This document shows, one piece after another, positions 29,230 to 38,413 of a stretch of DNA of 64,000 bases. The stretch is from positions 62,001 to 126,000 of IMG/VR virus record IMGVR_UViG_3300024239_000011, one strand, 5' to 3'. The translations under genes and the position numbers were made by a program. Each line of letters begins with the position of its first letter. The stretch's first letter is position 1. The notes below the pieces were generated by a model. The model was not told the DNA's origin. It made no database searches and saw nothing but the letters and a program-made list of their open reading frames with translations.

Positions 29230-29620
29230 AGAATGACTTCACCGACACGTTCCCATCAACCATGTCCTGAGTAATCTCGTATTCGAAAACACGCCGATCC
29301 TCCCGTGGCTGGTCTTGTTCGATTAAATTTTCTAACCGGAATTCATCGAAATACACGATGGTCACATCGGGACCGAAGAATTTTTTGAACTCGATGGCAA
29401 TTTTTCGCCCTTCTTCGGCGAAACCTTCGCAACCCCAATCGTCGTTGTCCAGCGCGGTTTCAAACCACTGGCGCCAGCGATAATGCCGATCAAAGAGGTC
29501 ATCGGGCAACCCGAGTTCGTCCACGTCCAGCATAACACCATGTTCATCCCACACACCGTCCGACGAATAGTCAGCCATTATTTTGATGTATTTCATCAAA
29601 ACCACAGTTTGCGGAGCCAC
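29201..29620 (-). CDS. hypothetical acidic protein
   Basis: 139 aa ORF. Confidence 0.65.
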   Translation of the reverse strand: MAPQTVVLMKYIKIMADYSSDGVWDEHGVMLDVDELGLPDDLFDRHYRWRQWFETALDNDDWGCEGFAEEGRKIAIEFKKFFGPDVTIVYFDEFRLENLIEQDQPREDRRVFEYEITQDMVDGNVSVKSFFEEQRYEID

Positions 29621-29740
29621 GGCGTGGTCAGCGTCCTCAACGGGCGCCGTGGTCCTTTGGGTGCCGTGTAGGCATCACCGAAGCCGATATCCAAGCGTCC
29701 TTGGTGGTTATTTCGGGAGAGGGCATCACGACTAGGAAAT

Positions 29741-29814
29741 TGGAGCGGGTGAAGGGGATCGAACCCTCGTCCTCAGAATGGGAATCTGATGCACTACCAC
29801 TGTGCTACACCCGC
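29741..29814 (-). tRNA. tRNA-Gly(CCC)
   Basis: canonical cloverleaf, U73. Confidence 0.92.
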
Positions 29815-30240
29815 ATTGAGCATCCAACCCTTACAATGCTCAGCCACCATTTCGAGTGGATTTTTCGTACTACACAGAATTGCTTCCGTGGTTCCAAGGC
29901 ATAGTCCAACTTGCGTCCTCTGATCGGTCTGCCTATTAGAGTACCCGATCTTCCAACTCATCAGGGCGTTCTTTCCAGAGCGACCAAAAGTCTGTCTGTA
30001 CTCAAACCTGAGGACGTGCCCCGGTGGCTTTTTCGACGGACGATACACCGGAGAGCCACCCCAATGTACCGGGAACCACGGTGGTTTGCTCCCTCCCGCA
30101 TGCGGCTAACATGCACAGGAACCTTGACCATCCCGTACCTCTTTACCTGATCCGGGGAAACCCTGTCCACCTTACAGGTGGCATTTCCCATTCCTTAGCA
30201 GCAACAGGGTTTTTCTGCTGTCGGATCAAATTACCCATCC
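29815..30240 (-). ncRNA. candidate structured RNA of about 420 nt
   Basis: GATAAATA core at 30241; stems such as GGTGGCT/AGCCACC; no credible ORF. Confidence 0.4.
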
Positions 30241-30323
30241 TATTTATCTCAACCATAATCAAATGTCAATTTTCCCTGACGCCCGGCATAAATATATAAA
30301 ATCAAAACAGGAGTCAACAAACA

Positions 30324-31610
30324 ATGGGCATTAAAGTGTATAATACTACTTTAGGTGGGATTAATTTTAAAACACCAACCACGTTGAGTGACCCATACTT
30401 ACAAAATGTTGTCCTTCATATTGATAGTAGTTTGCCTCAATTATCAGACAAAACAGGAAAAATATTTACTAAATATGGCACTGCTTCATCTGGAAATTCG
30501 GGGTTTAATGCTGCCTATTTTGATGCAAATACTTATTGGGAAATAGACTCCATTTACGATTGGGGTCTTTCAGATTTCACGTTTGAATACGAAATATATC
30601 ACAATGCCACACCTACCACTGGTGGTATTTTCGGCTATCGTGCATCATCAACCGATAATTTTTCAGTATATTATGGTTGGCCAACCACAGGCTATCATAT
30701 GATATTAAATGATGTTGAATTAATAGGAACAACAGCGGTTCCGCCGGTTGGGCAATTTCAACATTATGCATGGTGCCGTAAGGGTAATACGTTAACTCTA
30801 TATATCGATGGTGTGCTTATAACCACAAAATCATTTACAGGCTCATTAACAAAAAACTTACCAAAAATGTTTTTAGGTTGGATCAATTTTGGAAGCGCAT
30901 TTAATGGTATGATAAGAAATTTCACATTCACCAAATCATGCCGTTACCTTTCTAATTTCACGCCATCAAATTTGGATAGAAATCAACTCAACGACCCGTT
31001 ATGGAATTCGGTGGTATTTCATATACCCGCTTCTGGATCAAATGGGTCATTGCTTAAAAATACAAAAACTAATAATACATTAGTACGACATGGCACCTCT
31101 GCTATTATCAATAGCATTTTTACCAAAAATACAGTGTATGCAAATGGTGGTTACTACAGTACCCCAGGATCAATTGATTTTCAATTTGGACGTGATGATT
31201 TCACTATTGAAATGTGGGGGTATGATTTAACTCGCTCAGCAGAAGCACCGTGGATCAGTACCGGATGGGTCAATACCAATTCATGGGTAATTCATCCACA
31301 GCATTCCAGTCATAATTTTTCATTTTGGTCACAAGCATACGGAACAACCAATCCAATCGTTAAAGGACCAGCATTGCCACTACGCGAATGGGTTCATGTT
31401 GCCATATCAAGACAAGCAGGAACTACCCGGTTGTTCAATAATGGAACACTTGTTGCAACAAGTACGGTCAATTATAATATAACCAACCCAACCCTATTAC
31501 CATTCGAAATCGGGCACGAAAGTCCATTAACAAGAACCGTCAATGGATGGTATGCTGATATTCGAATTACCAAAGGCGTATCAAGATATAATCAATCATT
31601 TACCGTTTGA
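30324..31610 (+). CDS. virion protein with two LamG/concanavalin-like domains
   Basis: duplicated DP...VV.HI...DFT.E...W.H.A..R.G....LY.DG...F.G.I...R.TKG..RY..NFT; late promoter, AT-rich. Confidence 0.85.
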   Translation: MGIKVYNTTLGGINFKTPTTLSDPYLQNVVLHIDSSLPQLSDKTGKIFTKYGTASSGNSGFNAAYFDANTYWEIDSIYDWGLSDFTFEYEIYHNATPTTGGIFGYRASSTDNFSVYYGWPTTGYHMILNDVELIGTTAVPPVGQFQHYAWCRKGNTLTLYIDGVLITTKSFTGSLTKNLPKMFLGWINFGSAFNGMIRNFTFTKSCRYLSNFTPSNLDRNQLNDPLWNSVVFHIPASGSNGSLLKNTKTNNTLVRHGTSAIINSIFTKNTVYANGGYYSTPGSIDFQFGRDDFTIEMWGYDLTRSAEAPWISTGWVNTNSWVIHPQHSSHNFSFWSQAYGTTNPIVKGPALPLREWVHVAISRQAGTTRLFNNGTLVATSTVNYNITNPTLLPFEIGHESPLTRTVNGWYADIRITKGVSRYNQSFTV

Positions 31611-31620
31611 TAAAGGAAAA

Positions 31621-32399
31621 GGCTGGTAGGTCAACGACCTACCAGCCTTTAAACTTGGTGGAGCCTGCCCGAAACGAATTTTCGACGTTGATAAATACAT
31701 CGTGAACCAAAACAACAAGGCTCCACGATGGAAATTGAACTCAAAGAGAAACTTTCTAAACGACCACAAAATCAGAATTTTGGCGCCCGTGCAGGACGTG
31801 ATTATGGCTTGAAGGTTGCTGCTGAACATCGGGCTGCTTATGCCCTGTCTCCGAAACATTGTACCGAATGCGACTCGGAACTCCCGTATGAACAACGCGA
31901 CTGCAAATTTTGCTCTCGGTCATGTGCCGCCTCGCACAACAACAAAGAACGCAATCGACCAAAACGCGAAGCCATCTGTCTTCATTGTGGGAAAACTTTC
32001 TCGGCTAACCGAAAAAGCCATGGAAAGTTTTGCTCTCTTAAATGCCAAGGACAACACAAATGGGAAAATGAAACAAAACCACGTATTCAAGAAGGAAAAG
32101 TACGTGAACGAAAAACGCTCAAGAAATTCCTCATTGAACGGGACGGACATCAATGTTCGTGCTGTGGAAACACTGAGTGGCTGGGCAAACCCATTCCCAT
32201 TGAAGTAGATCACATCGACGGCAACCCAGCTAATGACATGCCTGACAATTTGCGTCTACTCTGCCCAAATTGTCATAGTATGACAGAAACCTACAAAGGT
32301 AAGAATATTGGGTCCGGTAGGGGTGCGAGAGGAATATCGCGATCCTAAAAACAATGGCTGGTAGGTCGATGACCTACCAGCCACTAAACTTGGTGGAGC
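31621..32399. repeat. 44-bp imperfect direct repeat (31621-31664 and 32356-32399) flanking an HNH gene
   Basis: GGCTGGTAGGTC-nnn-GACCTACCAGCC-nnn-AAACTTGGTGGAGC (hairpin plus tRNA-Ala 3' end). Confidence 0.9.
31728..32348 (+). CDS. HNH homing endonuclease with zinc fingers
   Basis: EVDHIDGNPANDMPDNLRLLCPNCHS. Confidence 0.92.
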   Translation: MEIELKEKLSKRPQNQNFGARAGRDYGLKVAAEHRAAYALSPKHCTECDSELPYEQRDCKFCSRSCAASHNNKERNRPKREAICLHCGKTFSANRKSHGKFCSLKCQGQHKWENETKPRIQEGKVRERKTLKKFLIERDGHQCSCCGNTEWLGKPIPIEVDHIDGNPANDMPDNLRLLCPNCHSMTETYKGKNIGSGRGARGISRS

Positions 32400-32467
32400 A
32401 GAGGGGGATCGAACCCCTGACCTGAAGCTTGCAAAGCTACCGCTCGTCCCAACTGAGCTACTGCCCC
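32391..32467 (-). tRNA. tRNA-Ala(UGC)
   Basis: G3-U70, canonical. Confidence 0.92.
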
Positions 32468-32536
32468 ATAAATGACAACTCGCGTCGCCATGACCAAACT
32501 ATTTATACGAACCGCTCGGGCGGCGCAATAAGAAAA

Positions 32537-33217
32537 TTAAAAAATCTCGATTCCTATTTCCCCCAGGAATTTCGTCAACGGGCGGGATGGTACAAACAAT
32601 TTTTCTCGTTTGGCCAGCAGAACTTTGCCCATGCCTTCCTGGGTACGTTTATTCACAATTTTTCGATGTTGAAATACTTGTAAAACTTCGGTCGCATCAA
32701 ACCCCATCATGGTTACTGCGATGGTGTCATGTTTAATACGAAAAACGTGTTTTTCGTCAACATGATGTTTCACTTCATCGATAACCATTCGCATCACAAG
32801 CTCCCCAATATCATACCCGAAAGCTTTAGTAAAATGGTTCATGTTGAATATAGTTAACATGCATATAGGGGTATCATTTCGCTGAAGCGACAAGAAATCA
32901 ATGAATACCTGTCGATCTTCATCAACATCAAGTGAAATCTTTTTGAAAGCATCAAAGTCTGCACGCAGGTTACCAACATCAGCCGTAACCTCTTCAACGT
33001 CACGCACCACCCCATTAAGGTCAGAACGGGTTCGAATGGTTGCATCTAGAAGAATTTCAGCAGCTTCACGTAATACATCAATATTTTGAGCATTTTGAAT
33101 ATGGTCGGCGTAGGTGGACAACGTTGCATCAAAAACTGTTGCCCGATGCTTCATCCGCCCGAGAATTTCTTCGATTTTCGAAAGGTTCTGTTCAAACCTG
33201 CCGTTATGGGACATCAA
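32537..33217 (-). CDS. degenerate GGDEF protein (coiled coil plus dead diguanylate cyclase)
   Basis: FNMNHFTKAFGYDIGELVMR, FRIKHDTIAV in place of RYGGEEF, RKIVNKRTQEGMGKV. Confidence 0.65.
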   Translation of the reverse strand: MMSHNGRFEQNLSKIEEILGRMKHRATVFDATLSTYADHIQNAQNIDVLREAAEILLDATIRTRSDLNGVVRDVEEVTADVGNLRADFDAFKKISLDVDEDRQVFIDFLSLQRNDTPICMLTIFNMNHFTKAFGYDIGELVMRMVIDEVKHHVDEKHVFRIKHDTIAVTMMGFDATEVLQVFQHRKIVNKRTQEGMGKVLLAKREKLFVPSRPLTKFLGEIGIEIF

Positions 33218-33407
33218 TGCTCACCAAAAATAATTGTTCGTAACCTACTTAGCCGATTTTTGATATCAGGGAACGTAGGATATAACCCACCTATTGCAAG
33301 TATAAACATATTATGGTATCTAGATAGTCGAAGAAAAAGAAGGCATAACTAAAAAAAGAGGCGCAATAATAGGGCGCCCCTTTTCACAACCAATAAAGGC
33401 GGTTTCA

Positions 33408-34109
33408 ATGTACACCCTCCCCACCACAAAATTTCTCGTTACTATTGTTTTTTCGCTGACCTTCTATGGTATTTGTAATTTAATCGCGTCACCCGTGCCA
33501 TTTACCCTTGGTACTTTTTGGTATCTACCAGAAACATGGGAACCGTTCTGGTGGGCTATTGCACCGATGCTGGTGTGGGGATGTGCGATAAACATCATCT
33601 TTACTGCCGCACACAAAGGTGACCACCCTGGTGAAATTTTGGTTGCGGGAACCCTTGTCAGTCTTCATGCCGGAATTCTTGAGGAACTGGTTTACAGATG
33701 GGCTGCATTTTATGCCGCTATCATCAGCGTCAAGATCGGTGATTTTCTGCTTGGCGGGTTTATGTTCCCCCATGGGTTGACGTGGGTTTTCCACAATTAC
33801 GTGGTTGGACATATCGTCAATTTCACCACATTTGGTTTATTGAACGACTTTATCTTCCATCCAACGACCTGGGCGATTGGTGCGGGAATGATCGCGGTTA
33901 ATGCCACTTTCCGCGATGGTCACAAATACCAGGGTTTCTGGGGTTTTTGGAATAGCTGGTTCTGCGGTATGTACCTGTTCTACGTGATGTTCACGTATGG
34001 ACTTCCAGCAGCAATTATCACGCACTTTTTGTACGACTTCATCATCTTCGCAACCATTGCCGCAAAGGTAGCGGTTTTACCGAATTCGATGAAACGGGTC
34101 AGACTATAA
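33408..34109 (+). CDS. CPBP (Abi/CAAX) intramembrane metalloprotease
   Basis: GILEELVYRW, FRDGH, ITHFLYD; multi-TM. Confidence 0.85.
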   Translation: MYTLPTTKFLVTIVFSLTFYGICNLIASPVPFTLGTFWYLPETWEPFWWAIAPMLVWGCAINIIFTAAHKGDHPGEILVAGTLVSLHAGILEELVYRWAAFYAAIISVKIGDFLLGGFMFPHGLTWVFHNYVVGHIVNFTTFGLLNDFIFHPTTWAIGAGMIAVNATFRDGHKYQGFWGFWNSWFCGMYLFYVMFTYGLPAAIITHFLYDFIIFATIAAKVAVLPNSMKRVRL

Positions 34110-34112
34110 TTT

Positions 34113-34187
34113 TGGTGCCGGATAGAGGAATCGAACCTCTGACATCCACGTTACGAGGGTGGCGTCCTTCCACTGAACGAATCCGGC
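34113..34187 (-). tRNA. tRNA-Thr(CGU)
   Basis: cloverleaf, loop CT-CGT-AA. Confidence 0.88.
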
Positions 34188-34421
34188 ATTAAGAAAGAAA
34201 TTGTGCATTGCAATAAATAGGTAATAATAATATTCCAACTATCCTATGTGGAGCATTGCAATGATCGGACAATTTGATCACGAACAAGAACGTCTTGACC
34301 GAATCACAGAAGCCCTTGACGAAGAGTGCCACTGCCAGGATCATCATGAAACTTCATGCCATCCATGTGTGATCAAAAAGGCGGCAAACGTCAAGCAATC
34401 CGAAAATGGTTGATGGTAGAT

Positions 34422-34505
34422 TGGCGATCCTGAGAGGATTCGAACCCCCCTTTTCAGCATCCGACTACGGTTAAGCGGGTAGAAGCCGCCCCCGGCTACA
34501 GGATC
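34422..34505 (-). tRNA. rearranged tRNA-Arg(UCU)-like gene
   Basis: perfect acceptor and T arms; anticodon arm 8 nt after acceptor; GGAT-GC-TGAAAA after it. Confidence 0.7.
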
Positions 34506-34655
34506 AAATTTCTATACTTCCACTCCGTTATTTGGTATGGTCGAAGCCTTGGCGGCTACCGCCAAGGACATCTACTCCCAGTTGACCGGGTTTGAAGACC
34601 CCGCAGCTATTTCCGCTTTCTTCGACGGACAGCGCGTCGGTCCTGCCAACTAAAT

Positions 34656-34730
34656 TGGCGCGGGTACGGAGGATCGAACTCCGACTCCTTGGTTGGGAAC
34701 CAAGTAGACACCCCAGTATCTTATACCCGC
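34656..34730 (-). tRNA. tRNA-Gly(CCC) variant, G73
   Basis: CTTGG-TT-CCC-AA-CCAAG. Confidence 0.8.
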
Positions 34731-34773
34731 AAATACAAAATGGGTGGGCAATGCCCACCCATTTGTTGTACTA

Positions 34774-34850
34774 TGGAGGATCGGGTGGGACTCTCACCCA
34801 CTAGGACAAGGTTTGCAATCTTGTGCCTCGGATACTTTGGCTTCCGATCC
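34774..34850 (-). tRNA. tRNA-Cys(GCA)
   Basis: U73; T loop TGAGAGT. Confidence 0.85.
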
Positions 34851-34856
34851 ATAACT

Positions 34857-34940
34857 TGGTGCGGCTGAAGGGAATCGAACCCCCATTTTCAACATCCTTT
34901 ACCGTTCCACCGATTCGAAGTCGGGGCGGGTTACAACCGC
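34857..34940 (-). tRNA. rearranged tRNA-Arg(UCG)-like gene
   Basis: same 84-nt segment layout as 34422..34505. Confidence 0.7.
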
Positions 34941-34944
34941 AGGA

Positions 34945-35018
34945 TGGTACCCAGTACGTGAATCGAACACGTTCGCATGCTATGTGAAAGCAAGCAGGCT
35001 TCCAAGCCGTCACCGGGT
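34945..35018 (-). tRNA. tRNA-Val(CAC), divergent
   Basis: loop TT-CAC-AT, intact acceptor and T arms. Confidence 0.75.
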
Positions 35019-35019
35019 A

Positions 35020-35094
35020 TGGTGCCGAATGTGGGGATTGAACCCACCACAACTGCTGTGTAAGAGCGGTCGTCACCCCAGTGATCTATTCGGC
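35020..35094 (-). tRNA. tRNA-Val(UAC)
   Basis: loop CT-TAC-AC. Confidence 0.8.
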
Positions 35095-35111
35095 GTGATT
35101 TGGTGGAGCGA

Positions 35112-35738
35112 TTACGGTCTTAATCCGCGTGTCCGTCTACCATTTCCGCGATTGCGGTATCCAAATGTAGGTGTTTGGCTATGACAATTTGGACAAAGCA
35201 AACGAAGATTGTCAGGTTTATTATTCGACGGGTCGCCGTCAATGTGATCAAGTTGAAAAACTAACGTTTCGTTATTCCATCCCATGATCCCACATTTACT
35301 ACATTGCTCACCATCACGTTCGGCAACGTAGCGTTTTAGTGTCGGGGACGTAGTAACCTCACCGCGCCGAATTCGTTCGTTCGTCTTTATTTTACGCAAA
35401 TGTTCGGCGCGACACGACGAGGAACAAAATTTGCGGCGGCGAGACTGGGTAGTTGAAGTAATCTTAAATTTCTCATTACAATGGTGACAAACACAATGTG
35501 TTTCAGGCTCAAGTTTGAGTTTTAAAGTTTCCAAGCGTGTAGTTGCAGTTGCTCTAGCCGAGCAAGACGACGAACAATATTTGTTGGCTCTCCGCTCATA
35601 TGGAATAACGGTGTTACAGCACTCACAAACTTTTGGATTTTCGTAATACTTGTTCCGATTTTGCTCAGCAATTCCTATCGCATATTTTGCCCCGATTACT
35701 CCGAAATTTTTATTTTGTGGTCGTTGCGACATACTCAT
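35112..35738 (-). CDS. HNH homing endonuclease, paralog of 31728..32348
   Basis: QLDHIDGDPSNNKPDNLRLLCPNCHSQT. Confidence 0.92.
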   Translation of the reverse strand: MSMSQRPQNKNFGVIGAKYAIGIAEQNRNKYYENPKVCECCNTVIPYERRANKYCSSSCSARATATTRLETLKLKLEPETHCVCHHCNEKFKITSTTQSRRRKFCSSSCRAEHLRKIKTNERIRRGEVTTSPTLKRYVAERDGEQCSKCGIMGWNNETLVFQLDHIDGDPSNNKPDNLRLLCPNCHSQTPTFGYRNRGNGRRTRGLRP

Positions 35739-36004
35739 ATGCAGTCCCTCAAAATCATTGATGTGACAATTTTATTTATCACGTAACGATTTTGAGTTCC
35801 GCCTACCACAGTGCGCGTACTCAGCGCATGTCGTGAATTTGGAAACAATGGAGCCAGCAACACCGGGCACCAACCACACATACATTCCGATGTTCACAGA
35901 CGCCAGCAAAGCGCAACTGATGCGTAAACTGCTGCTCAAGGCAAATCCCGATGGGAAATTTGCGGTCGCTACTGTTCGTGGCATGAAGCTGCACTTTGAG
36001 TAAA

Positions 36005-36079
36005 TGGCGCGGGTACGGAGAATCGAACTCCGACTCCTTGAGTGGCGCTCAAGTAGACACCCCAGTATCTTATACCCGC
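36005..36079 (-). tRNA. tRNA-Gly(GCC) variant (C33, G73)
   Basis: CTTGA-GC-GCC-AC-TCAAG; identical copy at 40691. Confidence 0.75.
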
Positions 36080-36157
36080 ATAGAAACGTGCGAGCCTACT
36101 GCGGTGAAGTGGCGGCTGAAGCCCACTCAACGATATAATCGTTGCCGCTTTCCTCAT

Positions 36158-36235
36158 TGGCGTTCCCGGAGGGAGTCGAACCCCCAACCTTCGGATTCGT
36201 AATCCGATGCTGCTATCCAGTTGAGCTACGAGAAC
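36158..36235 (-). tRNA. tRNA-Arg(ACG)
   Basis: canonical. Confidence 0.92.
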
Positions 36236-36242
36236 ATTGTTT

Positions 36243-36331
36243 TGGCACGGGTGTGAGGAATTGAACCCCTTCGGCATCCACCTGAATTTTTGTGCCACTG
36301 GGTTTGGAATCCAGCTTCAGGAAACACCCGC
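36243..36331 (-). tRNA. rearranged tRNA-Trp(CCA)-like gene
   Basis: loop TT-CCA-AA, G73; CCTGAA before the anticodon arm pairs with TTCAGG after it, then GGAT-GC. Confidence 0.65.
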
Positions 36332-36335
36332 GTAA

Positions 36336-36411
36336 TGGCAGGGGATGAGGGAATCGAACCCCCTCTGCAAGGTTTTGGAAACCCGCCGACTTCCAGTTAT
36401 CTTAATCCCCT
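36336..36411 (-). tRNA. tRNA-Trp(CCA)
   Basis: canonical, G73. Confidence 0.9.
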
Positions 36412-36412
36412 A

Positions 36413-36487
36413 TGGTGGAGTAAACGCGAATCGAACGCGCCGCAACCGCATTGCGAATGCAGTTCGCCCCCTTGGTCATGCTACCCC
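36413..36487 (-). tRNA. tRNA-Ala(CGC)
   Basis: G3-U70, loop TT-CGC-AA. Confidence 0.88.
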
Positions 36488-36548
36488 AATGTGATTAATT
36501 GTGGTTGATCCACTAGAGTGATATTATCCTCATCCGAAAGGGGAGGAC

Positions 36549-36830
36549 ATGCGCACTCTTGTTCTCATTTTCATGCTATTCTTGGTCGCATGCCGGGATG
36601 ATTCCAGACGTGCCAACCTTGTCTGTACCTTTGAGTCAGACACCTTCCATTGGAAAATCGATACCGAGAAAGCCGAAGTCAGCGGCGACCGAATCGAAAC
36701 AACGGAAGTAAAAATAAGCAATCTGTCTTACGTGTTCACCTCGGGTACCGTCAACATCGTCATCCGGCGCACAGATTGGCAAGCCTGGATTCACGGGAAC
36801 GGACAATCAATCCAAGGAAAATGTAAGTAG
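36549..36830 (+). CDS. putative small lipoprotein
   Basis: GGAGG RBS; lipobox LVAC. Confidence 0.7.
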   Translation: MRTLVLIFMLFLVACRDDSRRANLVCTFESDTFHWKIDTEKAEVSGDRIETTEVKISNLSYVFTSGTVNIVIRRTDWQAWIHGNGQSIQGKCK

Positions 36831-36833
36831 AAA

Positions 36834-36909
36834 TGGCTCCCGACCCAGGTACCGCCCCTGGCAGCCATCGCTTAACAGGCGAGTCCGTTCGCTTGCTCGG
36901 TCGTCGGGA
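36834..36909 (-). tRNA. tRNA-Asn(GUU), non-canonical T loop
   Basis: loop CT-GTT-AA; T loop GGCGGTA. Confidence 0.8.
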
Positions 36910-36916
36910 ATAAATG

Positions 36917-37008
36917 TGGCTCCCACTTGAGGTTTCGAACCTCACCCCGCATCGCTGCGAGACTTCCGGTTAACAGCCGGATACCTTCACCAAGCCGGTC
37001 CAGTGGGA
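36917..37008 (-). tRNA. tRNA-Asn(GUU) with long variable arm
   Basis: TCCGG-CT-GTT-AA-CCGGA; arm CTCGCA-GCGA-TGCGGG. Confidence 0.85.
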
Positions 37009-37574
37009 ATGAATTCATTCTGAAGTTTCTGCCATCGCTTACGGACGGCGGCTTCAGAAACACCTAACATATCTCCAATTTGCATAAATGTTTTTGTCTT
37101 ACGCAATTCGATAAGATCAACCGTTTCCCAGCGAACTTTTCCATGCAGCGAACCGGCGCATTTCCACGAACAAGTCAAATTGGTTGTTGGTTTTGATTGC
37201 CCGCAAACAGGGCATTCATCGGTGGGAACACTGGTACGGTGGGTTTTGTACTCTGCAAATTGTTCATTAAATGATGGTGCTGTGCTAGGAACCTCAATCA
37301 ACCCATCGTGTATCTCAGCATGGCAACGATTGCATACCAAAACACACTTCCGTAATTCTTCAACAATAGCCGACCACGATTGCGGGTTCGCACGAATTGC
37401 ACCAAAATGAAATTCTTTTTGTGACGGATCACGGTGGTGGAAATCAAACGCCCGCAACGAGCGACTGTAACCACAAACACAACATTCTCCACCAAAGGCA
37501 TCAACCATTCTTTGCTTAGTACGTTCGCGCCAGCGCCGAACTGCTTCACTTCCTCTTGACATCCAACACCTCAT
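36987..37574 (-). CDS. HNH endonuclease; 3' end overlaps tRNA-Asn 5' end
   Basis: CCVCG...FDFHHRDP...ELRKCVLVCNRCHAEIH. Confidence 0.88.
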   Translation of the reverse strand: MRCWMSRGSEAVRRWRERTKQRMVDAFGGECCVCGYSRSLRAFDFHHRDPSQKEFHFGAIRANPQSWSAIVEELRKCVLVCNRCHAEIHDGLIEVPSTAPSFNEQFAEYKTHRTSVPTDECPVCGQSKPTTNLTCSWKCAGSLHGKVRWETVDLIELRKTKTFMQIGDMLGVSEAAVRKRWQKLQNEFIPTGPAW

Positions 37575-37622
37575 AGTCGAACCGGACTATGAGTATTTAG
37601 CAAACCTTGTTAATTATGGATA

Positions 37623-37712
37623 TGGAGGACACGGTGGGAATTGAACCCACGAGGGGCTTTCGCCCGTGCGATTAAAAGTCGCATGTTCTCAACCAACAAG
37701 AACGTCGTGTCC
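37623..37712 (-). tRNA. tRNA-Lys(UUU) with class II arm, U73
   Basis: TGCGA-CT-TTT-AA-TCGCA; arm GGGC-GAAA-GCCC. Confidence 0.82.
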
Positions 37713-37720
37713 ATAAGAGT

Positions 37721-37806
37721 TGGAGGACCGGTGGGGAATCGAACCCCTTATCGCACGGTTTAAAAGACCGCTGCCCCCACCAGGGTGGCTGTAACGTTCC
37801 CGGTCC
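37721..37806 (-). tRNA. tRNA-Lys(UUU) with about 10-nt insert before the D arm, U73
   Basis: GCGGT-CT-TTT-AA-ACCGT. Confidence 0.78.
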
Positions 37807-37871
37807 AATCGTTTTCGATCAAGTTCCGGTTTTCGTTTTCGAAGCATAGCTTCACCTTTCACTTAGGATTT

Positions 37872-37956
37872 TGGAGCGGGTAGGGGGAATCGAACCCCTT
37901 TCCAGTTAAGGGCTTGCTTGGAAGGCAAGTGAGCAATCCATTGCTCGACTACCCGC
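37872..37956 (-). tRNA. tRNA-Gly(UCC) variant, long D stem and variable region
   Basis: CTTGC-CT-TCC-AA-GCAAG. Confidence 0.82.
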
Positions 37957-37968
37957 ATATTGTGATGT

Positions 37969-38056
37969 TGGAGACGCGAGTGGGAGTCGAACCCACCTGA
38001 CCTTTCGGTACAAACGGTTTTGCAGACCGCCGACTAAACCGCTCATCCATCGCGCC
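37969..38056 (-). tRNA. tRNA-Cys(GCA) with class II arm
   Basis: GCGGT-CT-GCA-AA-ACCGT; arm ACC-GAAA-GGT; U73. Confidence 0.85.
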
Positions 38057-38065
38057 CGTTTAAAT

Positions 38066-38151
38066 TGGTTGCTGGATGCACCCTCTCACATCCCGGTCGA
38101 GCGTCCACGACCTTTCAGATCAAGTAACGACACCGCTTATCGGGGTCCAGC
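38066..38151 (-). pseudogene. degenerate tRNA-like sequence (Phe-like loop)
   Basis: GCTGGA/TCCAGC-AACCA, weak CT-GAA-AG hairpin, no clear T loop. Confidence 0.35.
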
Positions 38152-38248
38152 ACTCCCGACTCACCGTTGCATGCCGATAACCCCATGTCGTCGGGGTCGT
38201 CAGCAGGGGCTTCGGTGAGGGTAGGCGATAGGTGAACATCGCCTATCT

Positions 38249-38323
38249 TGGTAGTCGGAGAGAATTTCGAAATCTCGCCCTCACGCTTATCAAGCGTGCG
38301 CTCTGCCTCTGAGCTACCCGACT
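38249..38323 (-). tRNA. tRNA-Ile(GAU)
   Basis: canonical. Confidence 0.9.
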
Positions 38324-38330
38324 ATAAAAT

Positions 38331-38404
38331 TGGTAGTCCCTGGCGGAATCGAACCACCATCAAACGCTTATCGGGCGCTCGCACTACCGTTGTGCTAAGG
38401 GACT
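38331..38404 (-). tRNA. tRNA-Ile(GAU), C33
   Basis: loop CC-GAT-AA. Confidence 0.85.
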
Positions 38405-38413
38405 AAAAGGATA

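Noticed and set aside
29957-29964. Hammerhead ribozyme core CTGATGAG
   Set aside because: No matching stem II plus GAAA downstream.
34422-34505. Amber suppressor reading (TT-CTA)
   Set aside because: The stem GGCGG/CCGCT centres a 7-nt loop on TCT, and the sister gene gives TCG in the same register.
34533-34626. tRNA-Sec (CTTCAAA loop)
   Set aside because: No T arm, and the hairpin gives a 6-nt loop or C33; at most a degenerate tRNA-like remnant.
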